DNA from: Octopus vulgaris
Taxonomy: Eukaryota
Assembly: GCA_951406725.2 (NCBI GenBank)
Contig: OX597822.1
Coordinates: 86,552,001 to 86,616,000, forward strand
Length of the DNA: 64,000 nt
Direction of reading: 5' to 3'
The notes under the pieces are model-generated. The model did no database searches. It saw only the letters and a program-made list of their open reading frames with translations, and had not been told where the DNA came from. Numbering within the stretch: position 1 is the stretch's first letter; each line of letters starts with the position of its first letter. Below are positions 37,510-50,292 of the stretch, in pieces. The position numbers and the translations under genes are program-made.

Positions 37510-38731
37510 CAGGGGTTGGATGAAATAATGGGAACACCTTAAAATTTCAAACAAATTTATTTTAATATGAGATTAAACTGCCTTTGGCAGTAATTACAGC
37601 TTGAATTCTACAAGGTATGGACTCGTACAACGTCTGAATTGTTTCCAAAGGAATATTTGTCCATTCTTCAGCTAAAACAGTCTCCAGTTCTTGTAGTGAT
37701 TGATGGTGGAGGAAATCGACTCCTTACTTGTTTTTTCTAAAATGTACCATAAATGTTCAATAATATTGAGATCTGGAGACTGTAGTGGCCAGATAAAATG
37801 TTCAACTTCACTAGAATGTTCCTCATGCCATTGTTGCATTATCATCCTGAAAGATTGTGTTTCTCTCCAGAAACAGTTCCACAACCATAGGATGAATTTG
37901 ATCAGATAAAATGCTTAAATAGTCTAGACTATTAATTCTGCCATGAAGGGAAACCATCAGGCCGGCAGATTTCCAAGATATAGCTCCTCCAGATCTTCCT
38001 CTATGTTTAACAGTTGGAAGAAGGCAGTCTGGGTCAAATGCTTCTTTTGGCCGTTTCCACACATATACTCGGCTGGTGGTCGAAAATGAGGTAAAAGATG
38101 ACTCCTCTGAGAAAATAACATTCTTCCACTGCTCTACAGACCAATTCTGTAGGTTTTTACTCCATTCTAAACGCTTTGCAACGTTTGTTTTTAAAAGTAG
38201 TGGTTTTCTGATTGCAGCCCCCTTGTGAAATCTGGCTTTGTACAGCTCCCGGCAAACAGTTTTTGTGGAAACCGGGTTCTCGAGGTGGTCATTAAGCTCT
38301 ACAGTAATTTGGGGAGCTGTACTTTTGTGATCCTTTCTAACAATTTGTGTAAGATTCCGACGGTCCCTATCTGAAAGTTTTGGTTTTCTTCCGGAGTTTT
38401 GTTTCAACAAGGAGGTTTTCCCCTCTTTTTCAAATTACTTTTGAGACAGTACTTCTTGATACACCAAACAATTCGGCTATTTTTGTTGTGCTAGTGCCTG
38501 CCTATACGAGCACCAACAATTTGACCTCTTTGAAAGTCCGATAGATCTGTCATTTTAATGACTTTTAATTACCTTTTTCTGATATGTGAAAAGAAACAGC
38601 AATTTTAGCAAAACATATTAAGCAACACTAATAATAAAACAAAAAACATAAAAATAAACAAGCTTTTGACGGTTTTATAGATATTTCAATATCAAGATGC
38701 TAGGGGTTTCCATTATTTTGTCCAACAACTG
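37510..38731 (-). mobile_element. Tc1-family DNA transposon with TIRs and TA TSD, transposase disrupted
   Basis: TA|CAGGGGTTGGATGAAATAATGGGAACACC ... GGGGTTTCCATTATTTTGTCCAACAACTG|TA. Transposase starts at ATG 38553 (MTDLSDFQRGQIVGAR) and includes SGRKPKLS, WKNVIFSEES, FQDDNA and WPLQSPDLNIIEHLW. Confidence 0.93.
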
Positions 38732-39812
38732 TATATATGAATTGGATACATCATATAGTAATTATGTTCTGGAGCCGTCGGGGTTATCCAGAGGTAATGG
38801 AAAGAGACGAGATGGTCTTACTCTCTGTCCATGGGTTAGAGGTAGGTGCCTTATTTAGGACGTCACAGTCTGCGACTCCTTTGCTCCCTCCTACATCCTG
38901 GATGCTGCAGTTAATGGGAGGGTCACTGCCAGCAAAATCTTACAAAATGACAAAGATGTATACATATCTATATGGAATTACGAGATTTGCTGTTTCTATC
39001 GCAATATACATTCATTTTCTAAGAACAATTTAGTTTCACTCTTTTTCGGCAGTAAAATGCATGTTAACTCCAAACTCTAGTTATGCCTGGACTCCTTGTG
39101 TGAAGAGAATACCTTACGGTGGCAACTGTAAAAGCGTTAATACACTTCTCAAGCAAATCAGATGAAAAATAAGAGAAAATAATGAGTGAGAGTAACTTTA
39201 TTCAACAATATTTCTACAACTTTACATAAGGAAATATGACTGTTGAACAAAAATGCTTTATGAATGATAGGAATAGAAAGCGGTATTGTCTTAGTTTCAC
39301 ATGGCAGGGGCGAGAACAGTTCTGGTTTATATGAAAGGCGTTATCTCCCCTGATGTGAGAAAAACCGCCGAGAAAATTCGATAATTTTTCACATGCCAAT
39401 AAACCAACAAATATATTCGTTCGTTTCTCCTTTTGGGTTTTTTTTTTTTTGTTGATAAATGTTAAGTCTTTCAGTAAAACAGTCTCATTTTATTTCAATC
39501 AGTCTAAGCTAAAATCCATTTTCTTCGCCCTACCTTACACAGAATTTTACTCTAGAATCCTTTGACAATCAAATAATTTTGGCTTTCCGAACTAAATAAA
39601 AGCAATACAAATAGAAAACTTTTTTTTCACTTTATAATAGAACTAAGATATTTCGTCCTTAACTAGTCAGAAAATAGTTTATAAAGTAAAAATATTAATT
39701 ACAATTGAAATATATAGTTCAATCTTATTAATGTTTGAATGAATTGCCAAGAAACTTCAGTCATTCATTTAAAACACCAGGAAACAGTATACACATTTAC
39801 GTCTCAAGCACA

Positions 39813-41045
39813 CTATACCTCAGATTTAATTTCGATTTTCTCCACAGCCTCTTCTAATTTACCGCTATCTTCCTTGACTTCTACCTGTTGCTCTCCATTT
39901 TTCTCTTCAGAGAAATTCTCTTTATCATTCGCATCTTTGTTCTTCTTTTCAAGCTCTTCAAATTCCTTTAGAAGCTGAGCACAAAACTTCTTATGTGTAG
40001 TGTAGCGCAGCTTCTGACAACGTTGGCTACAATAGTAAACCATTTTACAAGCAGAGCATTTCTTTGTAGACTCGTTTTCTCCACAAGCTTCGCAACTTAC
40101 ATTGTCGTTTTTAAACTGTTGTCCATGAACACAGTTAGTGAGGACTGAAAGAGCCGTGGGATAATCTCCAATGGCTACAGGAGACACAGTTCGAATAAAT
40201 TGCAAAAAAAGATCCGACTCAATGTAGATAAATTCTTTCATGGACTGACGTATAAGCTTTTCGGGTTTTTCGGCAAAGCCATCACTGTCTCTGCCCTTCA
40301 CTAAACTCTTAATCCAACTATTTAGCGACTTTTCTTTTTCATTGTACGATTTGGCGAGGTTTCGAATCATAAATGAGTAATAATTTACTTTGATAGCCAT
40401 CACATCATTTGTATCAGCACTTTTCATACTCTTTTCGCACATAATATCTAAAACTTTTTGTACCTTATGCGAATTTTCCAGGAGACTTGGATTAGCTTCT
40501 AAAAAATAAGAAACCTTTAACGGATGAAGATAAGAGTTGTTAAGCAGTTCTACCAATGGTGTGACCAAATGTTTGGGAAGTTTCGCTTCTTTCTCCAGGC
40601 CTTGTGGTTTGGTGTAATAATCCACTTCATCGAAGCTAATGAAATTATTTATAGTTGAAACACATTTGTGATAGCCAACAAAGGATGCCATTTGAGCGGC
40701 TGTTCGATTGACACGATTCACGGGGTCAGTCTTTGCCCCGGCACATAACATCTTTCGAACAAGAGCAGGTTTACCTGAAAGAGCAGCAAACATGAGGGCG
40801 GTATAACCATCGATGTGATTATTGGAGTTAACATCGGCCCCGCGTTGTAAGAACAAGTCACATAAGTCGCTTCGTCCTTTGAATGCAGCATGTTGTAATG
40901 GTGTAGTTCCTTGCTCATCCAGGCAGTCTATACGTACTCCAGGTTCACTCAATAACTGTTTAATTTCTTCCAAAGAAGCTGAAGGTATTTTGTCAACGAT
41001 TTCCTTCTCAACATCATTTAACTTCCTCGAAGTGTTCGAAGCCAT
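39813..41045 (-). CDS. ANKMY2: Ankyrin repeat and MYND domain-containing protein 2 (single-exon ORF, 410 aa)
   Basis: Uninterrupted ORF. N-terminal ankyrin repeats (GTTPLQHAAFKG, GYTALMFAALSG, RTAAQMASFVG) and C-terminal MYND finger CEACG...KKCSACKMVYYCSQRCQK....HKKFC. Architecture and motifs match ANKMY2/DAF-25. Confidence 0.93.
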   Translation of the reverse strand: MASNTSRKLNDVEKEIVDKIPSASLEEIKQLLSEPGVRIDCLDEQGTTPLQHAAFKGRSDLCDLFLQRGADVNSNNHIDGYTALMFAALSGKPALVRKMLCAGAKTDPVNRVNRTAAQMASFVGYHKCVSTINNFISFDEVDYYTKPQGLEKEAKLPKHLVTPLVELLNNSYLHPLKVSYFLEANPSLLENSHKVQKVLDIMCEKSMKSADTNDVMAIKVNYYSFMIRNLAKSYNEKEKSLNSWIKSLVKGRDSDGFAEKPEKLIRQSMKEFIYIESDLFLQFIRTVSPVAIGDYPTALSVLTNCVHGQQFKNDNVSCEACGENESTKKCSACKMVYYCSQRCQKLRYTTHKKFCAQLLKEFEELEKKNKDANDKENFSEEKNGEQQVEVKEDSGKLEEAVEKIEIKSEV

Positions 41046-41410
41046 CTTTAAACTAATGCGTGTATTTTTAGTCTTAGTTTCGTATTTCCTTTTAAATACG
41101 GTCGAAAAAAAAAAAACGTTTTTACATTTAGAATATAAAAATACGATATTGAATTGTTGAAAATATTTTCAATAAGATTTTACGAAATTTCTTGCTACAT
41201 TTACTTTTATTCTATTTTTCCGTCCGTTAGAATATCAAATCCCGTCAACGTCAAAACTTTCGGCTGTTGATGACGATGGACATAGCCTAAAAATGACTTT
41301 CTCTTATGAAAATCAAATTGAATTTAGGGTCTCGAAATGTCATGATCTGCTTTGGTGTGTATATCTTACCATTTTGTGGTAGAATTTGCAATAAAAGATT
41401 TTAAAAAATT

Positions 41411-41598
41411 GCCCCACGACTTCGTTTCTTGTAACTTCCAAAAAAATGTATATTTTGTAATGAAATTTTTATACAAATATGCTTCTGATGGTGTATATTC
41501 TGATATAATCTACAGCATCTGAAGAGTATTAGTTGAAAATTTCATTTTAAAAATATCTATTTTTCTAGAAGCTATAAGGAAACAAAGTCGGGGATGGC
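41411..41598. repeat. Imperfect foldback/inverted repeat upstream of ANKMY2
   Basis: cccacgacttcgtttcttgtaacttccaaaaaaatgtatattttgtaatgaaatttt pairs imperfectly with aaaatttcattttaaaaatatctattttctagaagctataaggaaacaaagtcgggg. Confidence 0.6.
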
Positions 41599-42654
41599 AC
41601 ACTTGTGTGGGCATGCCCAAAAATGTTGTACAGAGTCCCCTTAGTTATAATAGGGTCAGCAAACATGTAAATGTTGCTCACTTTGTTTCATCCTCATGCT
41701 TGATGGAACCGGGATCATCCCAGCTTAGTGGCCCCCAGGGACATCATCATATGTAGAGCTAACCAGGTCCACCAGTGCTCTCTATCGCTGGTGGTCCCAT
41801 GCCAGACCCTCTGCATCCTCCAAGGTAGCGTTGAGACTCTGCAGATCTTCTCCAATCACGTCCAACCATCAGATGCAGGTCCTGACACAAGGCCTCTTCC
41901 AGCCTGCAGCTACTGTATCGAATGAGAGCAAAGCCCTGGTAGGACTTTGGGACATGTTAATACTAGCACAAAATAAACTTAAAGGACATCTAACGATGTT
42001 GTTTTAATTAGTTTACAGGAGTAACCAATGTAATTACTTCAGAACTTTCTCAGATTCAGTCTATAGCAATGAAAGATTGCCATATGATGATAGGGTTCTG
42101 AGGTCACCAGTGTAGCGGCTTGTTGATGCCACCACCTTAACATTGTCTGTTGGTTATTAGTTTGACAAAAAGTTGTTCTCATGTCAGGTTGACTCCGTGG
42201 TTGTTGGTTGAAGATGATGTTGGTGACAGTAGTTACTGATAGCAGTGTGTGATGGAGAGACATCGCAAACTTTGTTCGTGTGTTCATTAGCTGTGTGGTG
42301 ATATACAATAACAACTTGCTTTAAGATTATAAAGTTTTATTGTAGCAGTGGGTTACACATGAATTGCCTTGCATAGAGTTCTGTATAGAGATGTGTAGTG
42401 CTTAATAGAGATGTCTCTGGTGTGTTAGCAGTAAATGAATGAATGCGTGAAGATATTAGTTGTGCTTTGTGTAAATAGAAAGAGACTTGATAGAAGTGTT
42501 TCTAGTAAGCATGAGATAACGACATTGAATTTGGTCTGTACTGCTGGTGCACATGGAAGAAGAATGTTCTTGTGTGAGAGAGGCCAGTGTTAACGTGATA
42601 GAGCAAAACTGCATGCCAGGAGTCCTTTAGAAGCGAGACAAGTCAGTTGCAGAA

Positions 42655-43255
42655 GTGGATGCTCTGAGAGCATAACTGCTAGAATAAGAATAGGCTGAGC
42701 AAAGTTCAGAGATCTCCTACCTCTGTTGATAACAAAGGGTCACTCCATCAGAGTGAAAGGCAGACTATGAAGCCTGTGTGTGAACAGCCATGCTACACTG
42801 CAGTGAAACATGAGATGTAACAGCGAAGGATATGTGAAGGCCTTGAAAGAAATGAAGCTGGTATGCTTCGCTGGATGTGCAATGTCAGTGTGCATACACA
42901 GCAGAGTGTAAGCATCTTGAGAGAAACGCTGAGCATAAGAAATATTGGATGTGGTGTGCAAGAGAGACGACTGTGTTGGTATGGTCACGTGATGCATTTG
43001 GATGAGGAGAGTGTGAAGAAGTGCCAATCTCTAACTGTGGAGAGAACCTGTGGAAGAGGTAGACCCAGGAAGGCATGAGACGAGGTGGTGAAGCATGATC
43101 TTTGCATATTGGATCTCATGGAGGCAATGACAAGTGACTGAGACTTTTGGTGATATGCCATGCTTGAGAAGATTTGTCAAGCCAAGTGAAACCATAATTG
43201 TGGCCAATGCTGTTGTCATGTAACAGGTGCCCATGCTGGTGGCACATAAAAGGTA
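42655..43255 (+). mobile_element. RTE LINE 3' fragment
   Basis: MLRWMCNVSVHTQQSVSILRE.LSIRNIGCGVQERRLCWYGHVM...TCGRGRPRK. Confidence 0.8.
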
Positions 43256-43617
43256 CTCTTCCCAACTACATGGTTCCAGGTTCAATCCCACTGCATAGCA
43301 TCTTGGACAAGTGTCTACTATGATAGCCTTCTAGTGAATGGATTTGGTAGACAGCAACTGAAAGAGGCCCATTCTGTGTGTGTGTTGGTCTCCTACCACC
43401 ACTTAACAACTGATGTTGGTGTGTTTATGTTTCTGTAACTTAGCAGTTTGGCAAAAAAAGACTGATAAATTAATTATCAGGCTTAAAAGAAAGAAATAAG
43501 TACTGGGATTGATTCATTCAACTAACATTCTTGAAGGTGGTACCCCAGCATGACCACAGTTTAATGACTGAAACAAGTAAAATACAAGCCATATATACAT
43601 GTATACACCCACATATA

Positions 43618-45425
43618 CACGGTGCGATGGGTAAATTGTCGCCATTTTAGATTCTTAATTTCATGCAAGTACATTGTTTGTTTTCTATTTCACTGACTAC
43701 GCAGTATAGTAGGATCAGTTGGGCACTGTCTGTGAGAAAAACAGCACCATGATGCAACTCACTCTGCCAGAAATTTGGAAACAACATGCTGTACTGCTTA
43801 GCATCCACACCGGAAGCTCCACTATGAACAGATGGTGAACATACAGAACAACCGTTGGCTTGCCATGTCCCCAAAATGTGTACCAAGAATGATAAAAATC
43901 AAATATCTAGTCAACATCAGGGTGTTTGGAGTGATCATTAGTGACGGTAACATTATGCCTTCATTCATCTTCCCACACAGCTTCAGGCTCTACACAACCC
44001 TCTTGATTATTATGTGTGGATGCAGACCAACAAAACTCTTTGTAACACCAAAGATGAACTGAAGGCAAGGATTATGACAGCATTCACCAACTTAAACAAG
44101 ATCATCCAGAAGAGATGCCAAAGTCATCTGGAGGCAGTGGTTGAAGCCAATGGCGATTTTATTGAATAAACTAGCAGTATCACCCGGCGTTGCTCGGGTT
44201 TGTAAGGGAAATAATTATATAAGCATTTTTAGAGATGTTACTTCCCTTCGATATGAATAATTTAATTTGTCAAAATATTTTCATCGCTTTGAGACCGTGA
44301 CCTGTTAGCACGATATTTTTGTCAGTGAACAGGTCGCGGTCTCAAAGCGACGAAAATATTTTGGCAAATTAAATTTAAATGTTGAAGTGAATGTAACGGT
44401 TTTTGTGTGTTTCTTAAATGGCTTACAAACACCTTCCATGCTGCAATATATATATACACACATATATATATGTATGTATGTGTGTATATGTGTATGCATG
44501 TATGTGTGTGTGTGTGCGTGTCTGTGCTTGTGATTGTCCTCCACCACTGCTTGACAACGAATGTTTCTCTGCTTTGGTCTTATGTTCAAGGCATGAGAAA
44601 GCTTGAGTTTACATGAGAAGGCTTAACAGACCTGGTAGAAACAGCAGCCAAATCTCCCTCAAATCACACCTTACTGTCTTATATATGTATATATATATGA
44701 GCCAATGAGGGGGACCTCTACATGGTAGCTAGACCTGGTAGAAATAGCAGCCAAATTTCCCCCATATCACACCTTACTGTCTTATCTATGTATATATGTA
44801 TGTATGAGCCTATGAGGGAGACCCCTACATGGCAGCTAGACAATGTAGAAATAGCAGCCAAATCTCCCTCAAATCACACCTTACTGTCTTATCTTTCTGC
44901 TACTTGGATATAGGTGTTATATTCGTCGTAAAAAACTTTCCTGTCACACACTCACGCACATGCACACACACACACGCACCCTCACACACACACACACGCG
45001 CACACCCACACACACCCACTCACACACACGCACGTTAGCTTACAATTTTATTTATATATTTGCGTGTCTATGTGTGGAAAGAGGAAGTGGGAGGCAGAGT
45101 GAAAGAATCACTCACTACAGTAAGTCAATTACTTTCATTTTATTCGTTGCCCACTGTGTGTGTGCGTTTGTGTGTGGTGTAAACCAGACTGCGATGCATT
45201 GTACTCTTAAAAATGCTAGGTAAATTGTAATTGAAATCCTATATTGTAGATTTGTATAACTCCCAAAGGGAGGCAGATAAAATCTGCCTTTTATAATAAG
45301 AGATTTACTCTTTAGTATATCAAGAAATGTTTATGTAATTTTGATAAATATATCTGTTAAAATGAGACGTCAGTGTTATTTTCTTTTTGCATAAATTAGA
45401 TGACAGTTTATTCACTGCACCCTGT
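43618..45425 (+). mobile_element. Internally deleted mariner/maT-like transposon split by a Helitron
   Basis: Left TA|CACGGTGCGATGGGTAAATTGTC and right GACAGTTTATTCACTGCACCCTG|TA imperfect TIRs. Transposase remnants VFGVIISDG..MP.FIFP and LEAVVEANGDFIE*. Confidence 0.65.
44171..45303 (-). mobile_element. Non-autonomous Helitron
   Basis: On the - strand the 5' end is A|TC (45303) and the 3' end is hairpin cccgagcaacgccggg followed by CTAG|T (44171). Inserted between A and T with no TSD. Carries microsatellites and an internal tandem repeat (about 44625-44895). Confidence 0.8.
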
Positions 45426-46389
45426 ATATAGATTATATCACCTAGCTGATGGATGTCTGATGAGGTTTCAGTTATTTGATCGATTGACTTACTGTGTAAG
45501 TGATTGAGTCTTCCCTGGACATATGAACCCTTAATGTAATTCTCAGCCAGAATAAGTGTGACAAAGTTGTATTTTTTTTCAGTCACAAGCTCTGGGTCAA
45601 GTCTACAGAAAATGATATTCAGCCAAGACTTTGTGCTTGTGAAACAAACTTATCAACCTCTCTACTATGCTGCCCCTGTAATATATAATATTATATACAC
45701 TTGTATACAGTATATATGATATGTTGGATCAACAAAACTTGTAATATTTAATAGAAGTGATAAAACGAGTCCAGTGACCTTGTGAGGAGTGAAACATTTA
45801 ATGTTTTGGACGAAGTCCTACTTCAGGAAAGAAGTGACTGAGGACAAACAAGAAGACAGTAGAGTTTTATGTCCTCAAAGATAAACTGACTGCAATTAAT
45901 AAGGAATGCAGAATCATGTGGGCTTCATATGTAAATAAGAAGTTGTGGAAGAAATTGTATGAGAGAAGTTGAAGGCAATCAACCATACTACCGCTTTCCA
46001 TCCCACTTTATGCACAACTAGCACTATGACCTGGCAACATCGGGTCATAGTGCTAGTGCATGCATATACAGCTGCGTGCATGCACACATACACACAAATA
46101 CTGTCCAAATCTCCAACCAATCACATACAGCTAGCTGGCATTCAATTGGCGTATCAAGTTTCAGGCATTTTGATTGGGTTTTGGATAGAAAATTCACAAA
46201 AAAGTCACTTCTATTGATTTTTTAATGGCTTTGCGGGGTGACTGGGGAAATGTAAAGATGTGTACGACTACCCTTGGACAGTTTTGAATGACCATAGAAA
46301 GTGCGAGCCCTCTAACTGAAAAATTGTGGATTTGTATAAAGGACACACACACACAGACAGACATTTTGCCGTTTACATATATAGAGATT

Positions 46390-46800
46390 ACAGACCAAAT
46401 TGCACCCTCTGTCACCTTTGCCCTGTCCATTGTCCTTCCATTCAAAGATAAACTTATCTGCAATATCTGAATTCTATTTTCTGATCCAACAACTGCACCT
46501 GTGTTTCCCACATCACCCCTCTTCACATTTAAAAAAGAATATAGGAACCTTGGAAACCTCCTCAGAAGAAGCTTCTCAGCACTCAGACACCCACAACCTG
46601 GAACTGTTAAATGCATTTGTGACAATGCAACATCTGTCCCTACTTTAACAACCATCTCTAGGCCAAAGTCACAATATCATATTACTCAGAACTTTAGTTG
46701 CACATCATCATATGCATACTCTGCAGCACCTTTACATTGGGGAAAAAGTCCAGCAGCTTTTACTGATAAATGTCATCAACAGGCTTAAATGAATGTTTTT
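46390..46800 (+). mobile_element. Penelope-like GIY-YIG endonuclease fragment
   Basis: PLFTFKK..RNLGNLL...PGTVKC...YHITQNFSCTSS...LYIGE in broken frames. Confidence 0.5.
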
Positions 46801-46870
46801 CCTTCTATCCCTATACCTTCTCTTGCTTCATTGAACCCTTCCTTATTCCTCAACTCTCCTCTTTATCAGC

Positions 46871-46915
<45 letters not shown>

Positions 46916-46943
46916 AACACACATATGCACACACATACACACA

Positions 46944-48100
46944 CTAGCAGAGATACCTGGTGTTGCTCAGGATTAAAATGGTGTAGTTTGTATATATTAT
47001 ATTACAGTTGTTGAAACAGGTGATATGGGAAAGTGAAGCATTGACAACAAAATGTTTGTGGAGTAAATGATGGGCTAATTTGACTAAGCAACATGCTATG
47101 AGTCCGTTTAGAGTATTTCAGGCCCTAACCTGTCATAGAAAATTGGGGATTGGGGTTACATGATTTTTTAACGCACTGAAAAGCTGTCAGTAGATATACT
47201 CTTTTTTGCAGCAGTCAGCGCTGTCTAACACGACCCATCAGCTAAGATTTTGACCCCTCCTTTGGGTTTATTGTCCTACATCACTCATAAAGTAAATTTA
47301 GAGGAACTGCGGTTGTTCATTTGTGGGTAACAAGGAACCAATGAAGTGACAGACTTGCCCTTGAACTTTGACGTCAGTGTAAATTCATACTGCATCTTCT
47401 TAGACGCAGTAAATGATGTCATTTGAAATGCAGAGTTGTATTGTCTGATATTGTTCAGAAAATCCTTTGACTGGATGGAAGTATCTTCTAGAAGATTCAT
47501 AACAGGTTAAGAAGGAGCTGGTAGAGCTGGTGATCTTACCTGATCACCTGAGCAGCACATACCATTTGTTTCACTTGAAAATTTTAAAGCTCTACAGAAA
47601 TGACAATTTGTGCTTAGCACACCAATTTGAAGAGAGTTATCATTTTTATAAGAATGGGATGGATCATATCTGAAAACAGCTCCAGAAGTTGTGAAGAAAG
47701 AATTTGTACGTAGTCTGTTTCTGAGAGCTATTCTATTGGACCTCTGTCTAATCATTTAAACATTGATTTAATGATCCTGCATTAAGTGCTGCAGCATGCA
47801 TTTACTGATGTTGGGAAAGTTTCATCTCCCTTCTCTTGAGACTCTGTCTGACATGATGCAACATCTCATCTCACGTCTCTCTTCAAATTCTTGCATTCGG
47901 TTTTCTACAATCTTCCTTGCTTTATACTTGTTTCTGGAGAGATTACATCTTATCTGTGATGGCATAATTTTCAATATTGTAACATTTCAATTTTTCAACA
48001 ACAAAAAAATACCGCCAGGCCTTCAAGCAAGATATCCACATGCTAGAAATAACAGCCAAATCTCGCAAAACTGCGATAACATAATGTAATCAATCTACTC
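46944..48100 (-). mobile_element. Helitron with RepHel N-terminal remnants
   Basis: 3' end hairpin cctgagcaacaccagg + CTAG at 46944. Minus-strand fragments CHFCRALKFSSETNGMCCSG.V..P and SKDFLNNIRQYNSAFQMTSF...GQV match the RepHel N-terminus. Confidence 0.8.
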
Positions 48101-48544
48101 ACCTTTCTGCAAAGATTTCTTTCAGTGTAATTTCCCACAGTAATATGACAAAGTAATTCATTTGAAATAGACAAAACAACCGTTCATTTTCACTTTTAGA
48201 TAGCAGGATGGCAGAGAGGGGAGTAGAGTTTCGGTCTGAGTTTTTCATAAAAAATCTGGGTGAAGTTTCGGTTGTCGTAGCACACGTTTCCGTCGATTTC
48301 CGTAAAAAACTTTTATTTTTTTTACATATGGCTTTGCGGGAATATTTGAAGTAATGAGAGCGAAAGAGACTAAGAGGAAGCGATTTTATGACGAGGGAAG
48401 TTCTTTTTGAAGTCCCCGTGTGTGTGTTTGATGGGGTGTGGGAGACATACAGTATGTTGTGTAAGTGAAGTGCTTCTGTTAGTGTGTGCGAAGAGACAGA
48501 GAGAGTAATGTGTGAAAGAGAGAGATAACTGAAATTTTTTACTC

Positions 48545-48763
48545 GGTGTATGTGTATATGTATGTGTGTGTGTATGTATCTATGTATGTGTGTGTATGTA
48601 TGTGTGTGTGTGTGTGTAAGTATGTGTGTGTATGTATGTATGGCCGATTCAGTGTAATTTTTTACTCGGTGTATGTGTATATGTATGTCTGCATGTATGT
48701 GTGTGTGTGTATGTATCTATGTATGTGTGTGTGTGTATGTATGTGTGTGTGTATGTATGTGTG

Positions 48764-48797
<34 letters not shown>

Positions 48798-48810
48798 TGT
48801 ATGTATGGCC
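48545..48810. repeat. (TATG)n/(TG)n microsatellite with internal duplication
   Basis: Visible repeat; the tatggccgattcagtgt motif occurs twice. Confidence 0.9.
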
Positions 48811-49324
48811 GATTCAGTGTTTACATTTTTTATGGAAATCGACGGAGGAAATCGACAATCGACGGAAACGTGTGCTACGACAAACGAAACATCGCCAAAA
48901 AAACAATTCAAGAAGTTCTATAAAAAGTTTTTTAAAAAAACACTTTAATTTCACAAGAATTACTTGAAATTTTGAAAATGCGGTTTTTGAAAGTTTTTTT
49001 TTTTATGAACCAGATCCTCCATAATAAAAAACATGGGATTCCATAATAATAAAAAAAAATCAATATATATCCATTTTACCGAAAGTTATGACGGAAAAAT
49101 TGGATCTTGGGAATATTCCAAAAGTCCTCTCCCCAAACCCCGGATTTCGTTAGTGCAAATTTTTGGTTTATTTATTATTTTTGGTCCACAGGTGAAGAAC
49201 TTTATACTGACCATTTTACCCTATGTTTATAATTTTTCCTGGAAATGAAAATCCAAAAAAAAAAAAAACACTGGAACGGGTGTAGAAGGAATATGAGAAA
49301 AAAATGCGCGCAAAGCAACAGGAG

Positions 49325-50008
49325 GATGGAGAAGACTTTAGAAAATTCACAAGATCCGAGCTTTTCGCTCATAACTTTTAGGAAAATGGAGGTTTTTTTC
49401 AATGAAATTTAATAGAAATGCCCTTCAAACGGCATACATTACGATTATAAAGAAATTTGTGGGGAAAATATTTTCCAAGGGGGTGGAGAAAGGACTTCGG
49501 ATAATTTACAAGATCCGAGCGTTTCCCTCATAAATTTTAGGAAAATGGAACTGTTTTTCAATGAAATTTTATAGAAATACCTTTCAAATGGCATACATTA
49601 TGATTATAAAGAAATTTGTGGGGAAAATCTTTTCCAAGGGGTGATGAAAGGACTTTAGAAAATTCACAAGATCCAAGCTTTTCCCTCGTAACTTTTAGGA
49701 AAATTGAGTTTTTTTTTCAATGAAATTTTATAGAAATACCTTTCAAACGGCATACATTATGATTATAAAGAAATTTGTGGGGAAAATCTTTTCCAATGGG
49801 TTGGAGAAAGGACTTTGAAAAATTCACGAGATCCGAGCTTTTCCCTCGTAACGTTTAGGAAAATGGAGGATTTTTTCAATGAAATTTTATAGAAATACCT
49901 TTCAAATGGCAAACATTACGATTATAAAAAAATTTGTGGGGAAAATTTTTTCCAAGGGGGTGGAAAAAGGACTTCGGAAAATTCACAAGATCCGAATTTT
50001 TCCTCGTT
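49325..50008. repeat. ~159-bp tandem repeat, about 4.3 copies
   Basis: Marker (a/g)agatcc recurs at 49351, 49510, 49668, 49828 and 49987. Confidence 0.9.
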
Positions 50009-50202
50009 ATAGTCCGAAATCACATTCAACTTACAACAGATATCCTAGCATAGTACTATTACACTACATAGTGATTTTTCTACCCACTTTCAATAATTAA
50101 TAATTAATGTTTTGGCTTCATTTTTGTTTAATTTTATCTTCCATTATTTTTACGCTTCTCTGAACCCTTCCGTCGTTATTCTCCATTCACTTGTTTTTAC
50201 TT

Positions 50203-50292
<90 letters not shown>

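Noticed and set aside
48546-48967. Cys/Val/Tyr/Met-rich ORFs (also at 7333-7714 and 44407-45223)
   Set aside because: Microsatellite translations.
49325-50008. Regularly spaced repeats suggestive of a CRISPR array
   Set aside because: The whole unit is repeated with no unique spacers, there are no cas genes, and the context is eukaryotic.
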